Notes: a model not told the origin generated them from the sequence alone. A stretch of DNA of 64,000 bases from an uncultured virus (IMG/VR IMGVR_UViG_3300013093_000039) (IMGVR_UViG_3300013093_000039); one strand, 5' to 3'. Positions 17,479 through 28,327 are shown, numbered from the stretch's first letter. Translations and numbers: made by a program.

Positions 17479-17726
17479 TAACGCCTTCTTCTATGTTTGC
17501 GTTTATGCTTCTTACCTACTCTTCCTGCGTAAAATGAATCCTTAGGTAAGTGTCTTCTAGTTACTCCTCCTAAAACTTTAGGTATTCTAGCATCTCCTCG
17601 AGCATAATTATCTCCTGAAAAAGCTGTCTCTGTAGAAGCAACCCCAGTTCCTAGAGCTCCTCCAGGTCCTGCAACATTAGCATTTTCGTACAAAACTTCT
17701 TCTACTATGCACTCTAAGTTAATCAC
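17478..17726 (-). CDS. Small protein with a basic C-terminal tail
   Basis: MINLECIVEEVLYE...KKHKRKHRRRR; TAAATA on the minus strand at 17732-17737. Confidence 0.7.
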   Translation of the reverse strand: MINLECIVEEVLYENANVAGPGGALGTGVASTETAFSGDNYARGDARIPKVLGGVTRRHLPKDSFYAGRVGKKHKRKHRRRR

Positions 17727-17739
17727 ATTATTATTTAAG

Positions 17740-17767
17740 TTGCTTTATTGCAATAATCTGTTAAAAT
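17740..17767 (+). promoter_or_regulatory. Sigma70-like promoter of uvsY (probably leaderless)
   Basis: TTGCTT-N16-TAAAAT-N6-ATG. Confidence 0.6.
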
Positions 17768-17773
17768 GGGCTT

Positions 17774-18196
17774 ATGTCTGTAAGCCCTGAAGAAAATAAA
17801 GAATCTCTCTTTGAAAGGTATAACGAAGAGATTAAAAAGTACGTAGCCGTGGACGAGTTTAACATGAAGCAGATTCAAATGGATTTACCTGGTGCTCGTC
17901 ATTACTGGGTAGGACGCTTGATGTTTCATAAACAGGAAATTCATAAACTTAAAAAACTTCGTAAACAAGCTGTAGAAAAAATAGCTGATCGAATTCAAGC
18001 AGAATTACCTATAGGAGCTAGCAACCGTACAAGAGAAATAGCAGCTGATAATCATCCCACAGTTCAAAAGATAGATGATATGATTGCTGAAAATGAAATG
18101 TTAGTCGAGTATCTATCTAAAATTGAATCTAACTTTAGAAGTATGTCATATGACATTCGCAACCTTATTCAAATTGTGCAGTTAGAGACCACTTAA
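17774..18196 (+). CDS. uvsY: Recombination mediator UvsY
   Basis: Helical protein of the expected size, C-terminal MSYDIRNLI, adjacent to uvsW. Confidence 0.75.
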   Translation: MSVSPEENKESLFERYNEEIKKYVAVDEFNMKQIQMDLPGARHYWVGRLMFHKQEIHKLKKLRKQAVEKIADRIQAELPIGASNRTREIAADNHPTVQKIDDMIAENEMLVEYLSKIESNFRSMSYDIRNLIQIVQLETT

Positions 18197-19650
18197 TGAA
18201 AGTAATTATAGATTATGATTCAGGAAGAAAGAAAGGTATTCTTATAACAGATTACCTTCCTAATATTCGTGAATATTTTTCTGTAGAGGATAAAAATCAA
18301 AACTTTAAAAGAAGATTTACGGTAGGTTACAGACCTTTATCTAGACAGTACGCTATTACTCCTCAAGGAAGATTTGAACCCAGACTTGCTTCTACAATTC
18401 TAGAATATCTAACTACCTTAGAAATACCTTTTAAGTTAGAAGTAACAGATAAGTTTAAAGAGTTTATAGAGTCTCCTCTATTACGGGATGAAGACAAGGA
18501 TATAGTTACGTTAGGGATGTCTTTGAGAGACTATCAATATGAAACTATTAAAGCAGCTTTGAGGCATAGAAGCGGGGTAATAATCTTACCTACATCAGCC
18601 GGTAAAACATTTGTTATGGCTACAATAGTTAGATCTATACAACAACAGCAAAATAATTTAAAAACATTAATTTTAGTTCCCGACATTCAACTTGTCACCC
18701 AGTCTTATTCTGATTTTATTGAATATGGAATACCGGAGAACGAAATAACAAAATGGACAGGTAGTTACGAGCCAGACCCTAACGCTTCTATTGTAATTGC
18801 TAATATTCAAATTCTTCAATCTGAAAAACAAGACTTATCTTTACTCAAAGATATTAAATTACTAATCATTGACGAAGTTCATAAACTTAAACAAGGTAAT
18901 AAAGTCAATAAGATTGTAGATCAAATAACTGCTAAGTATCGTTTTGGTCTTACAGGTACAATGCCTGACACAAAAATAGATGAATGGAATATCTTAGGTA
19001 AACTAGGTAAAGTTATTTACAAAAAGCAATCAATTGATCTTAGAGATCAGAATTATATATCTCAAGTTCATGTAGCTATATTAAAAGTTAACTATTGGGA
19101 TTTGCCTACATTTACTAAGCCGAGTGCTACAAATCCAACTGCTGGGTACGAAGAAGAAATACAATTTTTACAAAACAGTGAATTTAGAAATAAATTAATA
19201 ACAAAAATTGTAAACGGTGTAGATAAGAATACGCTCATTATGGTTGACAGAATCATTCACGGAGAAATACTTTTATTAACACTTACTAAAAATACAAAAA
19301 AGAAAGTATATTTTGTACATGGAGATATAGAAATAGAAGAAAGAGAAAATATCCGCAGATTAATGGAAGAAGAGGACGATATTATTTGTGTAGCTATATC
19401 TAAAATTTTTAGTACAGGTATTAATATTAAAAACCTTCATAATATAGTTTTTGCATCTATTGGTAAAGCTAAAATAAAAATTATTCAATCTATTGGTAGA
19501 AGTTTACGAAAGCATGCTAGTAAAAAGCGAGCTACTATTTTTGATATTGGTGATAACTTACGTTATGGTAACGCTCATTTAGCTGAACGTATTGAATTGT
19601 ATAACGAAGAACAAATACCTTACAGTATTACTGAAATAACACAGAGTTGA
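18196..19650 (+). CDS. uvsW: SF2 helicase UvsW
   Basis: LRDYQ, PTSAGKT, DEVH, GLTGT, QSIGRSLR. Confidence 0.93.
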   Translation: MKVIIDYDSGRKKGILITDYLPNIREYFSVEDKNQNFKRRFTVGYRPLSRQYAITPQGRFEPRLASTILEYLTTLEIPFKLEVTDKFKEFIESPLLRDEDKDIVTLGMSLRDYQYETIKAALRHRSGVIILPTSAGKTFVMATIVRSIQQQQNNLKTLILVPDIQLVTQSYSDFIEYGIPENEITKWTGSYEPDPNASIVIANIQILQSEKQDLSLLKDIKLLIIDEVHKLKQGNKVNKIVDQITAKYRFGLTGTMPDTKIDEWNILGKLGKVIYKKQSIDLRDQNYISQVHVAILKVNYWDLPTFTKPSATNPTAGYEEEIQFLQNSEFRNKLITKIVNGVDKNTLIMVDRIIHGEILLLTLTKNTKKKVYFVHGDIEIEERENIRRLMEEEDDIICVAISKIFSTGINIKNLHNIVFASIGKAKIKIIQSIGRSLRKHASKKRATIFDIGDNLRYGNAHLAERIELYNEEQIPYSITEITQS

Positions 19651-19686
19651 TTTAAAAATAATATACTATATTATATCTAATACTTT

Positions 19687-20253
19687 ATGGCCAACAAAAA
19701 AACAAAAAATGAAGAATTTTTTATGGATGATTTATCAGCCGTATTAGACGAAGCTTTACCTAAACCGAGATCAACCAAAAGAGTTCGACGAACTAAGGAA
19801 GAGTTAAAACCTAACTATGTAGATCCTATTTACATGGAAGTATGTATTAAGAAATATTATGAATCCGGAGAACTAAATGATGAGTTAGCTGATATGATTC
19901 AAAAGATTGGTACTCGTTTAGGGTACGCCCAAAACTTTATTAACTATTCTTATAAGACAGAAATGATTGGTGATGCTGTCATTAAGATGATTACCGCTCT
20001 AACAAGAAAGAGGTTTAAGTGTGATAGTGGATATAATCCCTTCTCTTATTTTACTAAAGTAGCGTATAGAGCATTTCAAAATAGAATTAAAAAAGAAAAA
20101 AAGGAACACGATACCATTCATCGTTATCAAAACGAAGTATATAGTCTTCTAGAAGAGTCAGGTCAAATACCCTATCAAAAGAACTCTCACTTAGAAGATG
20201 ATAGCAATAGTTCTTATTATGATGAAAAAAATGTTGTAGTCAGCGATGATTAA
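19687..20253 (+). CDS. gp55: Late sigma factor gp55
   Basis: NFINYSYKTEMIGDA and NPFSYFTKVAYRAFQNRIKKEKK. Confidence 0.93.
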   Translation: MANKKTKNEEFFMDDLSAVLDEALPKPRSTKRVRRTKEELKPNYVDPIYMEVCIKKYYESGELNDELADMIQKIGTRLGYAQNFINYSYKTEMIGDAVIKMITALTRKRFKCDSGYNPFSYFTKVAYRAFQNRIKKEKKEHDTIHRYQNEVYSLLEESGQIPYQKNSHLEDDSNSSYYDEKNVVVSDD

Positions 20254-21310
20254 TTTTAATAGTAACAAGGTAGCATTTATTAGTGATATCCATTTAGGAG
20301 TCCATCAGGATTCATCTACATGGCATAAAATAGCTATAAAATTTGCTCACTGGTTAGATGATACGTTAAAGGATAGAGGTATAAAAGATATTGTTATTGC
20401 TGGAGATATCTTTCACAATAGACATGAAATTGGGGTTAACACTATTCATGCCGCTCACAAGTTCTTTGATATACTAAAAGATTATAATATTGTAGCAATA
20501 ACAGGTAACCATGATTGTTATTATAAAGACAAGTCAGATGTAAATTCTATTTCCATTCTTAATGGTTATAAAAATATAACCGTATTTCAGGAATTAAGAA
20601 CTTGTATTATTGATGGTAAAACTTGGACGTTTTGTCCTTGGGGAGTAACAATAGATAAGATTCCTAAGAGTGATATTATTGTCGGTCATTTTGAGATTAC
20701 ACACTTCAGAATGAACCAGCATAAGATTTGTGATCATGGAATGAAAACTATTCAGCTTCTTGATAAGAGTAAATTTGTTATCTCAGGTCATTTTCATTAT
20801 AGAGAGCATAGAACATATCCTGAAGGAGGTAGTATTCTTTATCTAGGATCTCCTTATGAATTAGATTTTGGAGATAGAGATCATGCTAAAGGAGTATCAA
20901 TTTTAAATACGGATACACTAGAAGTAGAGTTAATTGAAAACACAGTAACACCTAAACACGTTAAAATTAATATTTCCGATTTAACAGAAGGTAGAGTTAA
21001 GCTTGAGGAGTTATCTCCTATATTGTCTAATAACTTTGTCGATTTTAGTATTGATAAGAATGTTAATACACAAGCTGTTGATTTACTCTTAACAAAATTT
21101 AATCAATTTAAACCTCTTCACGTTAGAACAAATTATAATATATTTGAAAATGTTCAGCTATCAGCAACTGACGTAGATAATTTTAGTATTGATGTCGAAA
21201 CTGCTCTTCAAGAGTTTGTTGATTTATTAGACACTCAAGTAAACAAAAAAGAGATCCTAGATAAATGCTTAGATCTCTATAAACTATCCTTAGTAACAAA
21301 TGAGCAATAA
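20246..21310 (+). CDS. gp47: Mre11/SbcD-like recombination nuclease gp47
   Basis: SDIHLG, GDIFH, GNHD, GHFH metallophosphoesterase motifs. Confidence 0.92.
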   Translation: MINFNSNKVAFISDIHLGVHQDSSTWHKIAIKFAHWLDDTLKDRGIKDIVIAGDIFHNRHEIGVNTIHAAHKFFDILKDYNIVAITGNHDCYYKDKSDVNSISILNGYKNITVFQELRTCIIDGKTWTFCPWGVTIDKIPKSDIIVGHFEITHFRMNQHKICDHGMKTIQLLDKSKFVISGHFHYREHRTYPEGGSILYLGSPYELDFGDRDHAKGVSILNTDTLEVELIENTVTPKHVKINISDLTEGRVKLEELSPILSNNFVDFSIDKNVNTQAVDLLLTKFNQFKPLHVRTNYNIFENVQLSATDVDNFSIDVETALQEFVDLLDTQVNKKEILDKCLDLYKLSLVTNEQ

Positions 21311-22883
21311 AATTGGAATAGGTGTTATAACATGTAATCGCCCAGAGTATCTTCGTCGTTTACTCGTATCTCTTGTACAGTGTGAGAGTATAATTGATGA
21401 ACTTGTTGTAGTTAATGATGGTAAACCAATTACTGATTTTGATTTAAGTCAGGGAGAGTGGATAGATAACAAAGTAAACCTAGGGGTAGGTAAATCTAAA
21501 AATTTAGCTCTTAGACATTTACTTGAAAAGAAATGTGATTCTATCTTCCTACTAGAAGATGATATTGTTATTAAAGATAAAGAGGTTTTTAACAAATATA
21601 TAGAAGCATCTAATATATCAGGCATTCAGCATTTTAATTTTGCTTTTCACGGTAGTGATAATTACCTACCTAACGGAACTCCTGCTATAAGATTAAAAGT
21701 AGAGTATAGTAAAGATAAAGCTGTTTGTTTTTACCCTAATGTTTATGGTGCTTTTAGCTTCTATACTAAGGAGTGCTTAGAAGCTGTAGGACTAATGGAT
21801 GAGGAGTACTATAACGCCATGGAGCACGTTGATCATACGTTCTTTATATCTCAGGCAGGTATGACATCTCCCTTTAGATGGTTTGCTGATATTGCCGATA
21901 GTAACAAGTATATTGAAGAGTTGGATAAGAATCATTCCGGTAGTGAAATTAGACGTGACGGAAAATGGATAGCTAATTTTCAAAAAGCAGTAACAAGATT
22001 TGCAGAAAAGTCTAAAATAAATGTTACAGGTCCTACAGATGTGTTTTGGACTAAGAGCAAACTATTGATATTATCAAACAAATTAAAAAGAAATATGGAA
22101 AAAAATAAAATAGGTGTAGGTATTGTAACATATAATTCAGAAGACTATTTTAAAACTCTTTATGAGTCTCTTCCGTTAGCTAAAATTAACGAACTTGTAG
22201 TTGTTAACGGCGGTAATCATTATAGAGAAAATTATGCTTGTCATTGGATTCAGCATAATACTAATTGTTATCCAGCTATTTGTAGAAATGATGCTGTTAA
22301 CTTTTTAATGAACAGAGGATGTGAGCATATCTTTCTTATTGAAGATGATATGATTATTAAAGACCCGAGTATTTTTGAAAAGTATATTAAAGCATCTGAA
22401 GCTTCTGGACTAAAGTATTTTTCTTATGTTAGTACCTCCTGGGAGTCAGGAGAACCGGGCAATAGAACTCCTCGTCTAACTGTTGAATATACACCTGAAG
22501 TAAGTATTTCATTCTACAAGAATATGTGTAATGAATTTACGTATCATCATTACACAGCTTTTGAAGATACTGGATTGTATGATACACAATTTAGAGATCC
22601 ATTTGATATTGATATGGCTTACCGGGAATCTCTACAAGGTCATGCAGCACCTTTTTGGTGGTTTGCCGATGTTACCGGATCAGATGAATTAGTTTGTAAT
22701 AATCCTGTAGCTGTAAGTCGTTTACAAGCTGATAGACCAGATGGATCTAGAGAACAAAAAATTCAAGAACAATGGCAACGTTTTGTTGCTAAGCATGGAG
22801 TAATGGTAAATCAAATACAAGATATAACTAAAGATAAGGCTCTTCAGCGCCTTATTATGAGAGGGAAAAATTACGGTAAATGA
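21300..22883 (+). CDS. Tandem GT2 glycosyltransferase (two paralogs joined by an apparent 1-nt deletion; second unit starts at 22095)
   Basis: Two KIG(I/V)G(V/I)(I/V)T.N...ELVVVN...IFL.EDD units. Confidence 0.85.
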   Translation: MSNKIGIGVITCNRPEYLRRLLVSLVQCESIIDELVVVNDGKPITDFDLSQGEWIDNKVNLGVGKSKNLALRHLLEKKCDSIFLLEDDIVIKDKEVFNKYIEASNISGIQHFNFAFHGSDNYLPNGTPAIRLKVEYSKDKAVCFYPNVYGAFSFYTKECLEAVGLMDEEYYNAMEHVDHTFFISQAGMTSPFRWFADIADSNKYIEELDKNHSGSEIRRDGKWIANFQKAVTRFAEKSKINVTGPTDVFWTKSKLLILSNKLKRNMEKNKIGVGIVTYNSEDYFKTLYESLPLAKINELVVVNGGNHYRENYACHWIQHNTNCYPAICRNDAVNFLMNRGCEHIFLIEDDMIIKDPSIFEKYIKASEASGLKYFSYVSTSWESGEPGNRTPRLTVEYTPEVSISFYKNMCNEFTYHHYTAFEDTGLYDTQFRDPFDIDMAYRESLQGHAAPFWWFADVTGSDELVCNNPVAVSRLQADRPDGSREQKIQEQWQRFVAKHGVMVNQIQDITKDKALQRLIMRGKNYGK

Positions 22884-24541
22884 AAATATCTATAGGTATA
22901 AATGGTTTTAAAGATTATATTTCTTTAGAAAAAAGAGAACGTTTTTGTATTGATAGTCTTTTAAAGATTAAAAATAAAAATCCAAATATTGAATTATATA
23001 ATATTTGTTTTGATAATGAAAATATACAGTATAGTAATTTTACAACATTAAACAAATTAACTAAACGTTCAAATAAGTTTATTCATGACTATTTTCAACA
23101 CGAAGGATTAAAAAACGAATATAATTCTAGAAAATTTGAAATTGATAATAATAAAAAAGAATTACCGTCAGTAAAGGAAATATTTGATGTATTAGCAAGT
23201 ACAGATTGTGATTACTTTTTATTTTTAAACAACGATATTATTTTATCTAATCGCTTCTTAAAAGAAGTCGAAGAAGGTATTGAGTGCTATCCTATTAGCA
23301 GAATGCATATTTATGATATTGATTCGTTAGATCAAACACCAAAACTAGAGTCATATTCAGTACACGGGTTTGATGCTTTTTTAGTTAAGAAATCTATTTG
23401 GTTAGAAATACGAAATAATTTTGAAGATCTTATACTAGGTAGATTTTACTGGGATACATATTTCTTTACAATGTTTAATTTACTTTGTAAATGTAAAAAT
23501 ATTAATAAATTACCTCCAGCATGTTTTCATATAGAACATGGTAGTACATCAAGTCAAGATAGTATTGAAAATTATTACGCTGAAGATGTATTTAAAAGAA
23601 ATTTAATACTTGGTCATATGTGGTTTAGTTATGTGCAAAACGTACTAATGAAGAGACCTACAGTAAATAACTGTAAATGGTATCAACCATTTCCGGACGA
23701 AGAAGTCTTAGAGAGACAACACTTTGGTAGTTTTAAAGCCTTACCTAAAATGTATAATAGAAATTATACAAAAAAAGAAGTAAGTGATAATACTGACTAC
23801 GATTTGTTTATACCTGTAGCTGAAAAAGATGAACTTAAATTAAAGTATGTTATTGAACATGCTAAGACTAACCTTAAGGCTAAAAATATATTCGTATGTT
23901 CCCCACACAATATTGTAAATAAAATTACTGACAGTAGTATATCGTATATAAATGATAAAGATGTTTTAGATATACCTGATAGATCATTTATTTCATTTAG
24001 ACCTAATTGGACGTATCAACAATTTTTAAAAATGTTTTTTAGTTTAAGTACTTCTGAATATTATTTTGCTTTAGATAGTGATACCATTATACTTAAAAAT
24101 TTAAACTTGTTTGAAGACAATAAACCAATCTGGTATTACGGTTGGAAGCAAAATCATTTTCCGTATTTTCACTTTAATAAAAATATGTTTAATTTAAACA
24201 AATCTTTAGACCATACAGGTATTGGAGATTTAGGATTATTTAACAAAACAGTTACAAGAAGCTTCCTAGATCGTACTGGATGTTTAAATGCTAAAAGTTT
24301 ATTACAAAGAATAGGTTCTAGTTTAAACGTTGTTTATCATTTTTCAGAATATGAAACATATGCTAATTTTGTAAATGAATTTTACCCAGGGTTATATACC
24401 TTTAAACATTTAGAGCAAATTAATGAAGGCAGAGATCTTAATCAAGGACAAAATTGGAATAGTAAAGATATAGAGACAACAATTGAAAAAGCCAAGAAAA
24501 CGGATAAGTCTATATTGTCTATACATTCTTGGAAAATATGA
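22880..24541 (+). CDS. Two-domain putative glycosyltransferase
   Basis: FLFLNNDII and YFALDSDT (DxD-like) motifs; cluster context. Confidence 0.65.
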   Translation: MKISIGINGFKDYISLEKRERFCIDSLLKIKNKNPNIELYNICFDNENIQYSNFTTLNKLTKRSNKFIHDYFQHEGLKNEYNSRKFEIDNNKKELPSVKEIFDVLASTDCDYFLFLNNDIILSNRFLKEVEEGIECYPISRMHIYDIDSLDQTPKLESYSVHGFDAFLVKKSIWLEIRNNFEDLILGRFYWDTYFFTMFNLLCKCKNINKLPPACFHIEHGSTSSQDSIENYYAEDVFKRNLILGHMWFSYVQNVLMKRPTVNNCKWYQPFPDEEVLERQHFGSFKALPKMYNRNYTKKEVSDNTDYDLFIPVAEKDELKLKYVIEHAKTNLKAKNIFVCSPHNIVNKITDSSISYINDKDVLDIPDRSFISFRPNWTYQQFLKMFFSLSTSEYYFALDSDTIILKNLNLFEDNKPIWYYGWKQNHFPYFHFNKNMFNLNKSLDHTGIGDLGLFNKTVTRSFLDRTGCLNAKSLLQRIGSSLNVVYHFSEYETYANFVNEFYPGLYTFKHLEQINEGRDLNQGQNWNSKDIETTIEKAKKTDKSILSIHSWKI

Positions 24542-25401
24542 AGTCAATATATGTACATTTAAATCCAACAACTTTACCTTTTAGTAAAGAATTAGATTTT
24601 AGTAAATATACATTTAATGATATACCGGATTATGCTCTTGATAGTTTTAATCAATCTAAAAAGTTTTTATTAGAAGACTCAATAATAATAACTAATAATG
24701 ATTTAAATGATTTTAATGAAGGTATATTAAATTTCTTCAATATTTGTAAGATTAGTTTTCCGTCTTTTTATAAAGATACGTTTTGGTTACTAACATTACT
24801 TCGTTTGTATATTGTTTACCTTTATGCTAAAAAGTATAATATAAATGAATTTATACATTTAGAGTATGATAATTTAATATACTCTGATTTAAATGAATTA
24901 AAAAAGTTACCACCCTCCTTATATTTTACAAGAGTAGGTCCTTTTTGTAGCTCTGCAGGTTTTGTTTACTGTAATAGTATAGAGCACTTTACTAAGTTTA
25001 TTAATAAGATTTTACAGTTAATAGGTAAAGGAGAACAAACAGTTAGAAAATTTACTCAATATGATCATTTATCAGAAATGATTATGATTGATCTTATTTA
25101 CGAAAATACAAAAAGTGTTATTGATTATCTTCCTATTTTACCAGAAGGTAAAGGTAGTGATAATTTCGATAAGCTAGGAGTGCTGTTTGACGGCGCGTCC
25201 TACGGACAATATCTAGGAGGCACTAATAACGGAGACGGAAAAGGATGGACGGGTAGACATCACTACGTAGGTGCTGCTATTCAAGATAAAAATATTAATG
25301 TATCCTTTGATAAGGTACCGTTTGTTACTTACAATAATAAGCAAATACCTATTTTAAATCTTCACATTCATTCTAAAAAATTAAAAGAATTTATATGTTA
25401 A
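24529..25401 (+). CDS. Putative glycosyltransferase-associated protein
   Basis: HLEYDNL, FDGASYGQYLGG, NLHIHSK; cluster context. Confidence 0.6.
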   Translation: MENMKSIYVHLNPTTLPFSKELDFSKYTFNDIPDYALDSFNQSKKFLLEDSIIITNNDLNDFNEGILNFFNICKISFPSFYKDTFWLLTLLRLYIVYLYAKKYNINEFIHLEYDNLIYSDLNELKKLPPSLYFTRVGPFCSSAGFVYCNSIEHFTKFINKILQLIGKGEQTVRKFTQYDHLSEMIMIDLIYENTKSVIDYLPILPEGKGSDNFDKLGVLFDGASYGQYLGGTNNGDGKGWTGRHHYVGAAIQDKNINVSFDKVPFVTYNNKQIPILNLHIHSKKLKEFIC

Positions 25402-26168
25402 AAGAAGATATTATAACAGGTAATGCCTTTAAAAACATATGTGATGATTTTTTAGATGAAGAAAAAAAATATATAGATATATCTAAAAAACCTAAAATTA
25501 TTTTTTTAAAAACAGATTGGATAGAATTGTTTAAACAAAAAATATTACCTCTTATTGATTATAAATTTAAACTTGTAACCCATAATGCTGATAGACCTGC
25601 TATATCAGGTAACTTAGATTTATTAGAAGATGATAGACTTATTAAGTGGTTTGGAATGAATGTAGACACAAGTCATTCTAAATTACAAACTATACCTATT
25701 GGTATAGCAAATGAAAAATGGGCTCACGGAAATAAAGACACCTTACTTAAAGTTATAAATGAAAATAATAAAAAAGAAAATTTAGTGTATTGTAATTTTG
25801 ATATTACAACTAATTACAATAAAAGATATAATACATTAAAAGATTTAAATTGTTATACATATATAGACTTTGATAACACAAAATTACCTTTTGAGGGGTA
25901 TATAAGAAAACTTAGTACGTACAAATATGTTATTTCCCCTCCAGGTAATAGTATTGATTGTCATAGAATATGGGAATCAATTTATCTTGGTGTTATACCA
26001 ATAGTTGAAACAAATATAGCTATGAACTTTTATACAGATCTACCAATAATGTTTGTTAAAGATTTTAAAGAAATAAATGAGCAACTATTAAACGATAGTT
26101 ATGTAACTATAGTAGAAAAAAATAAGAAAAAGTCTATAATGAGTTATTACAAACAGTTAATATTATGA
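25395..26168 (+). CDS. Exostosin/GT47-like glycosyltransferase
   Basis: YKYVISPPGNSIDCHRIWESIYLGVIPIV. Confidence 0.75.
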   Translation: MLKEDIITGNAFKNICDDFLDEEKKYIDISKKPKIIFLKTDWIELFKQKILPLIDYKFKLVTHNADRPAISGNLDLLEDDRLIKWFGMNVDTSHSKLQTIPIGIANEKWAHGNKDTLLKVINENNKKENLVYCNFDITTNYNKRYNTLKDLNCYTYIDFDNTKLPFEGYIRKLSTYKYVISPPGNSIDCHRIWESIYLGVIPIVETNIAMNFYTDLPIMFVKDFKEINEQLLNDSYVTIVEKNKKKSIMSYYKQLIL

Positions 26169-26761
26169 AGTATTTTTGCCTCCATCACTTACCTCTACAA
26201 GATCGTAGAGATTATTTACAAGAAAGATTTAAAGTATTAAATCTTGTTGTGGAGTGGGTAACAAATTTTGCACCAGAAGAAATAACTATACCTATCGATG
26301 CAACATTTAAGAACCAAGCAGAATTTTCTTTGTACTGCAAACATTTATATTGTATTGAACAGCAAATTAAGCATAATATTAATAATATTATTATATTTGA
26401 AGATGATGTATTACTTCCAGATGATTTTAATGAACATGTTAATCAGTGCTTACAGGAATTTAAAGAAATAAATGGGGATTTATTATTCTTAGGTATTTGT
26501 TGCGGTATACAACCCTCTAATATTGTACCTAATAAGAAAGTTTATTGGGAGCCAGGTTTTTTAACGCGTTGTGCACATTGTTATATAGTAACACTGGAAG
26601 CTGCAAAAAAAATATACAAACACTTACAAGTTAATCCAGTAGCATACGATTTTAAATTAAACAAAATTATAGAAAGTGAAAATTTAAAATCGTGTTACGG
26701 AGAACCTGGTATACATCAGGGTACACAAGGTGGTAAGTATATCTCGTCATTGAACAATTAA
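26165..26761 (+). CDS. GT25-like glycosyltransferase
   Basis: DRR, SLYCKH, IFEDDV, CAHCYIVTLEAAKK. Confidence 0.8.
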   Translation: MKYFCLHHLPLQDRRDYLQERFKVLNLVVEWVTNFAPEEITIPIDATFKNQAEFSLYCKHLYCIEQQIKHNINNIIIFEDDVLLPDDFNEHVNQCLQEFKEINGDLLFLGICCGIQPSNIVPNKKVYWEPGFLTRCAHCYIVTLEAAKKIYKHLQVNPVAYDFKLNKIIESENLKSCYGEPGIHQGTQGGKYISSLNN

Positions 26762-26762
26762 T

Positions 26763-27665
26763 ATGAAGAAAAAGCTTAAAATATATTTTGAAGATTTCTG
26801 GGGACATGATGTATATTTGTTTAATCCTAATGATAATTACTTTCTTGATCTTCTAAGTCTCGAGTACGATGTAATAATTGATTCTTCTCCTGATATACTG
26901 TTTTATTCTGTTTTTGGTGGCAACAATAATAACTATAACGGTAAGTGCAAAAAAGTTTTTTTCTTAGGAGAAAATACGGGTTCAAATTTTAAACATCCGG
27001 ATACACAGGTATGTGATCTCTCAATGTCTCAGTTTAATACATCTAAAACAAATATGTTTTTTCCATTATGGGCCCTACAGATAAATTGGTTTAATAAAAC
27101 TCAACCAAGACCATTACCATCGAACCCTTATTACCATATTAATACTGAGGTACTTACTACATCTCCGTTTTTTAATAAAACAAAATTTTGTGCTTTTATA
27201 AATGGTAACCCTACAAGTAATCGTTTAGAATTTTTTAATATATTATCAAAATATAAGCAAGTTGATAGCTATGGACCGTTTTTAAATAATGTTGGTGGAC
27301 TCTTTGTAAGGAATGAACACGATAAAGTAAATCTATTAACACATTACAAATTTACAATTGCTTTTGAGAATACACTTCAAGATGGTTATAATACTGAAAA
27401 AATAATACAACCATTAGCTGCAAATTGTATGCCTATTTACTGGGGAGGTAAAAGGTATAAAGATTATTTTAATACAGATAAGATTATATGTTTAAACGAT
27501 GAATCAAATAACTATGATGAAGTTATTGAACAAATAATTGCTCTTGATAACGATAAGGATCGGTATAGTAGCATTATGCAGCAATCGAGTATAAAATATG
27601 ATGCTGTTCAAGAATTTGCACCGGTAAATGTTTTAAACAGATTAAAACAAACACTTAATATATGA
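26763..27665 (+). CDS. GT10 (alpha-1,3-fucosyltransferase-like)
   Basis: YKFTIAFENTLQDGYNTEKI...PIYWG. Confidence 0.88.
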   Translation: MKKKLKIYFEDFWGHDVYLFNPNDNYFLDLLSLEYDVIIDSSPDILFYSVFGGNNNNYNGKCKKVFFLGENTGSNFKHPDTQVCDLSMSQFNTSKTNMFFPLWALQINWFNKTQPRPLPSNPYYHINTEVLTTSPFFNKTKFCAFINGNPTSNRLEFFNILSKYKQVDSYGPFLNNVGGLFVRNEHDKVNLLTHYKFTIAFENTLQDGYNTEKIIQPLAANCMPIYWGGKRYKDYFNTDKIICLNDESNNYDEVIEQIIALDNDKDRYSSIMQQSSIKYDAVQEFAPVNVLNRLKQTLNI

Positions 27666-28327
27666 AAATAGATGTTTTTACAGATCCGAAATATGCTCAT
27701 CTTTACGGGGAAAATTTTCCGCGTCCTCAGCCATCCGATTTTGCTGTTTCTTATTTTAATGAAACAGAGAATCTTATTTTTATAGATATAGGTGCTAACG
27801 ATGGTATTACATGCAGCAACTCCCTACCCTTTGAGATTAACTATAATTGGAAAGGTTTATGCATTGAACCTCATCCAGTTGCCTATAGTAAATTAATTAC
27901 AAACAGAAATTGTACATGTTTAAATTACGCCGTTTCTGAAAATGAAATGGAGTTAGACTTTCTAGTTATTGAAGGTAAGGCTGAAATGCTTAGTGGTCTT
28001 GTCAAGGACTATCACCCCGATCATATACAACGTATTAAAAGAGAAACAGAAGCAAACGGCGATAAAGTTTACGTACAAAAAGTAATATCTAAATCCTTAC
28101 CGCAGCTTTTAAAAGAAAACAATATAGCAAAAGTTAATTATCTGTCTATTGATACAGAAGGTTCTGAATTTTCTATTATTAAAGGTATTGATTTTAATAT
28201 TGTAGATATAGACTTAGTAAGTATTGAAGTAAATTATGATATAACCCCGTTTAACGAAATTATGAAATATAATGGGTATACCTTTTTAGAAAAAGTATGT
28301 ACTGATGCTTTTTATTGTAAAAAATGA
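27662..28327 (+). CDS. FkbM-family methyltransferase
   Basis: FIDIGANDG, IEP, YLSIDTEGSE. Confidence 0.9.
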   Translation: MKIDVFTDPKYAHLYGENFPRPQPSDFAVSYFNETENLIFIDIGANDGITCSNSLPFEINYNWKGLCIEPHPVAYSKLITNRNCTCLNYAVSENEMELDFLVIEGKAEMLSGLVKDYHPDHIQRIKRETEANGDKVYVQKVISKSLPQLLKENNIAKVNYLSIDTEGSEFSIIKGIDFNIVDIDLVSIEVNYDITPFNEIMKYNGYTFLEKVCTDAFYCKK

